Of a stretch of 64,000 nt of DNA, positions 63,191 through 64,000 are shown piece after piece. Position 1 is the first letter of the stretch. The number at the start of each line of letters is the position of its first letter. The notes under the pieces were generated by a model that had not been told where the DNA came from, ran no database searches, and saw only the letters and a program-made list of their open reading frames with translations. Location: positions 142,004,186-142,068,185 of the forward strand of contig NC_068983.1 of assembly GCF_001194135.2 (NCBI RefSeq). The letters are read 5' to 3'. Origin of the DNA: Octopus bimaculoides. Lineage: Eukaryota. A program made the position numbers and the translations under genes.

Positions 63191-64000
63191 TTGGGTCATC
63201 CCATAAATAATGCGGTTTTTCTACACTATTTTTCAAAGTTAAGATAAACAGAGTTTTTTTTAATCTATAATATACTCTCCTTCATTTTCTACTATGTTCT
63301 TCCATCTATCTGGTAGACTTGCAAGGCCCCTCTTTCAAAATTCACTTGTCCGTGACTAAAAATACTCCTCCAGTACTGATATGACCTTGTCTACAGAATT
63401 CAAATTTTTTCTGCCCAAATGATTTTGAAGACTGCGGAATAAACAGTAATCAGATGGGGCAATGTCTTGTGAATATAGTGGGTGGGTCATCGTTTTTCAT
63501 TCAAACTGTTCCAGCCTTTGGAATATCATCCTCACTGTATGTGGCTGAGCATTATCCTAATGGAAGAACACCTTTTGTCTTGAAACCAAAAATGGTCGTT
63601 TTCTTTCTAGCGTTGACTTAAGCTGCTCGCAGTAGATCTCCTTTATTATCGTTTGGTTTTGGTTTAAAAGTTCAAAGTGGACAAAATCTTTCTTATCCCA
63701 TCAAATAGATAACAACACCTTACATGGGTGAAGACCTTTAGCCTGGGGTGCCAGTGTTTCTCTTTTCCCTACTCACTATCTTTGATCCTTAATATTTTTA
63801 TAGAGAACCCATTTCTCATCACCAGTCAATATTTGGTCCCCCAAAAAAAGGTTCATTTGTGAGACATGACAGCAAAGAAGAGCACATATCCACTCACTGC
63901 ATGCGATTAGACTCGGAAAGTTTGTGAACAACTCATTGACCCAATTTTCTGACTTTTCCGACGGCTCGCAGATGTCGATGAATGGTTGAACGACCAAATC
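63191..64000 (-). mobile_element. Second copy of the same mariner family (3' part, runs off the window)
   Basis: TA then TIR TTGGGTCATCCCATAAATAATGCGG at 63191. Minus-strand transposase relic ILTGDEKWVLY...*DNAQPH...YSQDIAPSDY with 34 residues between the 2nd and 3rd D; stop at 63260-63262. Confidence 0.92.

Overview
AT-rich, repeat-dense eukaryotic genomic DNA with five N gaps. The repeat families and microsatellite load suggest a cephalopod (octopus-like) genome; this is an inference. One protein-coding gene is supported: a PHTF1/2 (putative homeodomain transcription factor) homolog on the + strand. I assembled it by hand from nine coding exons (34800-61764, 1711 nt, all splice phases compatible). 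It continues past the right edge, and its last visible intron appears to start with a GC donor. No coding exon was found in the first ~34 kb. The rest is transposon debris: two DD34D mariner copies (one split by a nested RTE LINE), DD37D maT relics, CR1 and RTE-BovB fragments, a Helitron deletion derivative, MITEs (one with internal TTAGGG repeats), several tRNA-derived SINE families and many RTE 3' ends. The most unusual signal is a set of hammerhead ribozyme motifs. One looks intact and lies on the sense strand of a PHTF intron (45749-45810). A ~730 bp palindrome (5509-6240) carries four motifs on both strands, and another Penelope-type motif lies at ~25.1 kb. Repeat boundaries are approximate unless a TSD or TIR is cited. 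All family names come from motif recognition; no database search was run.
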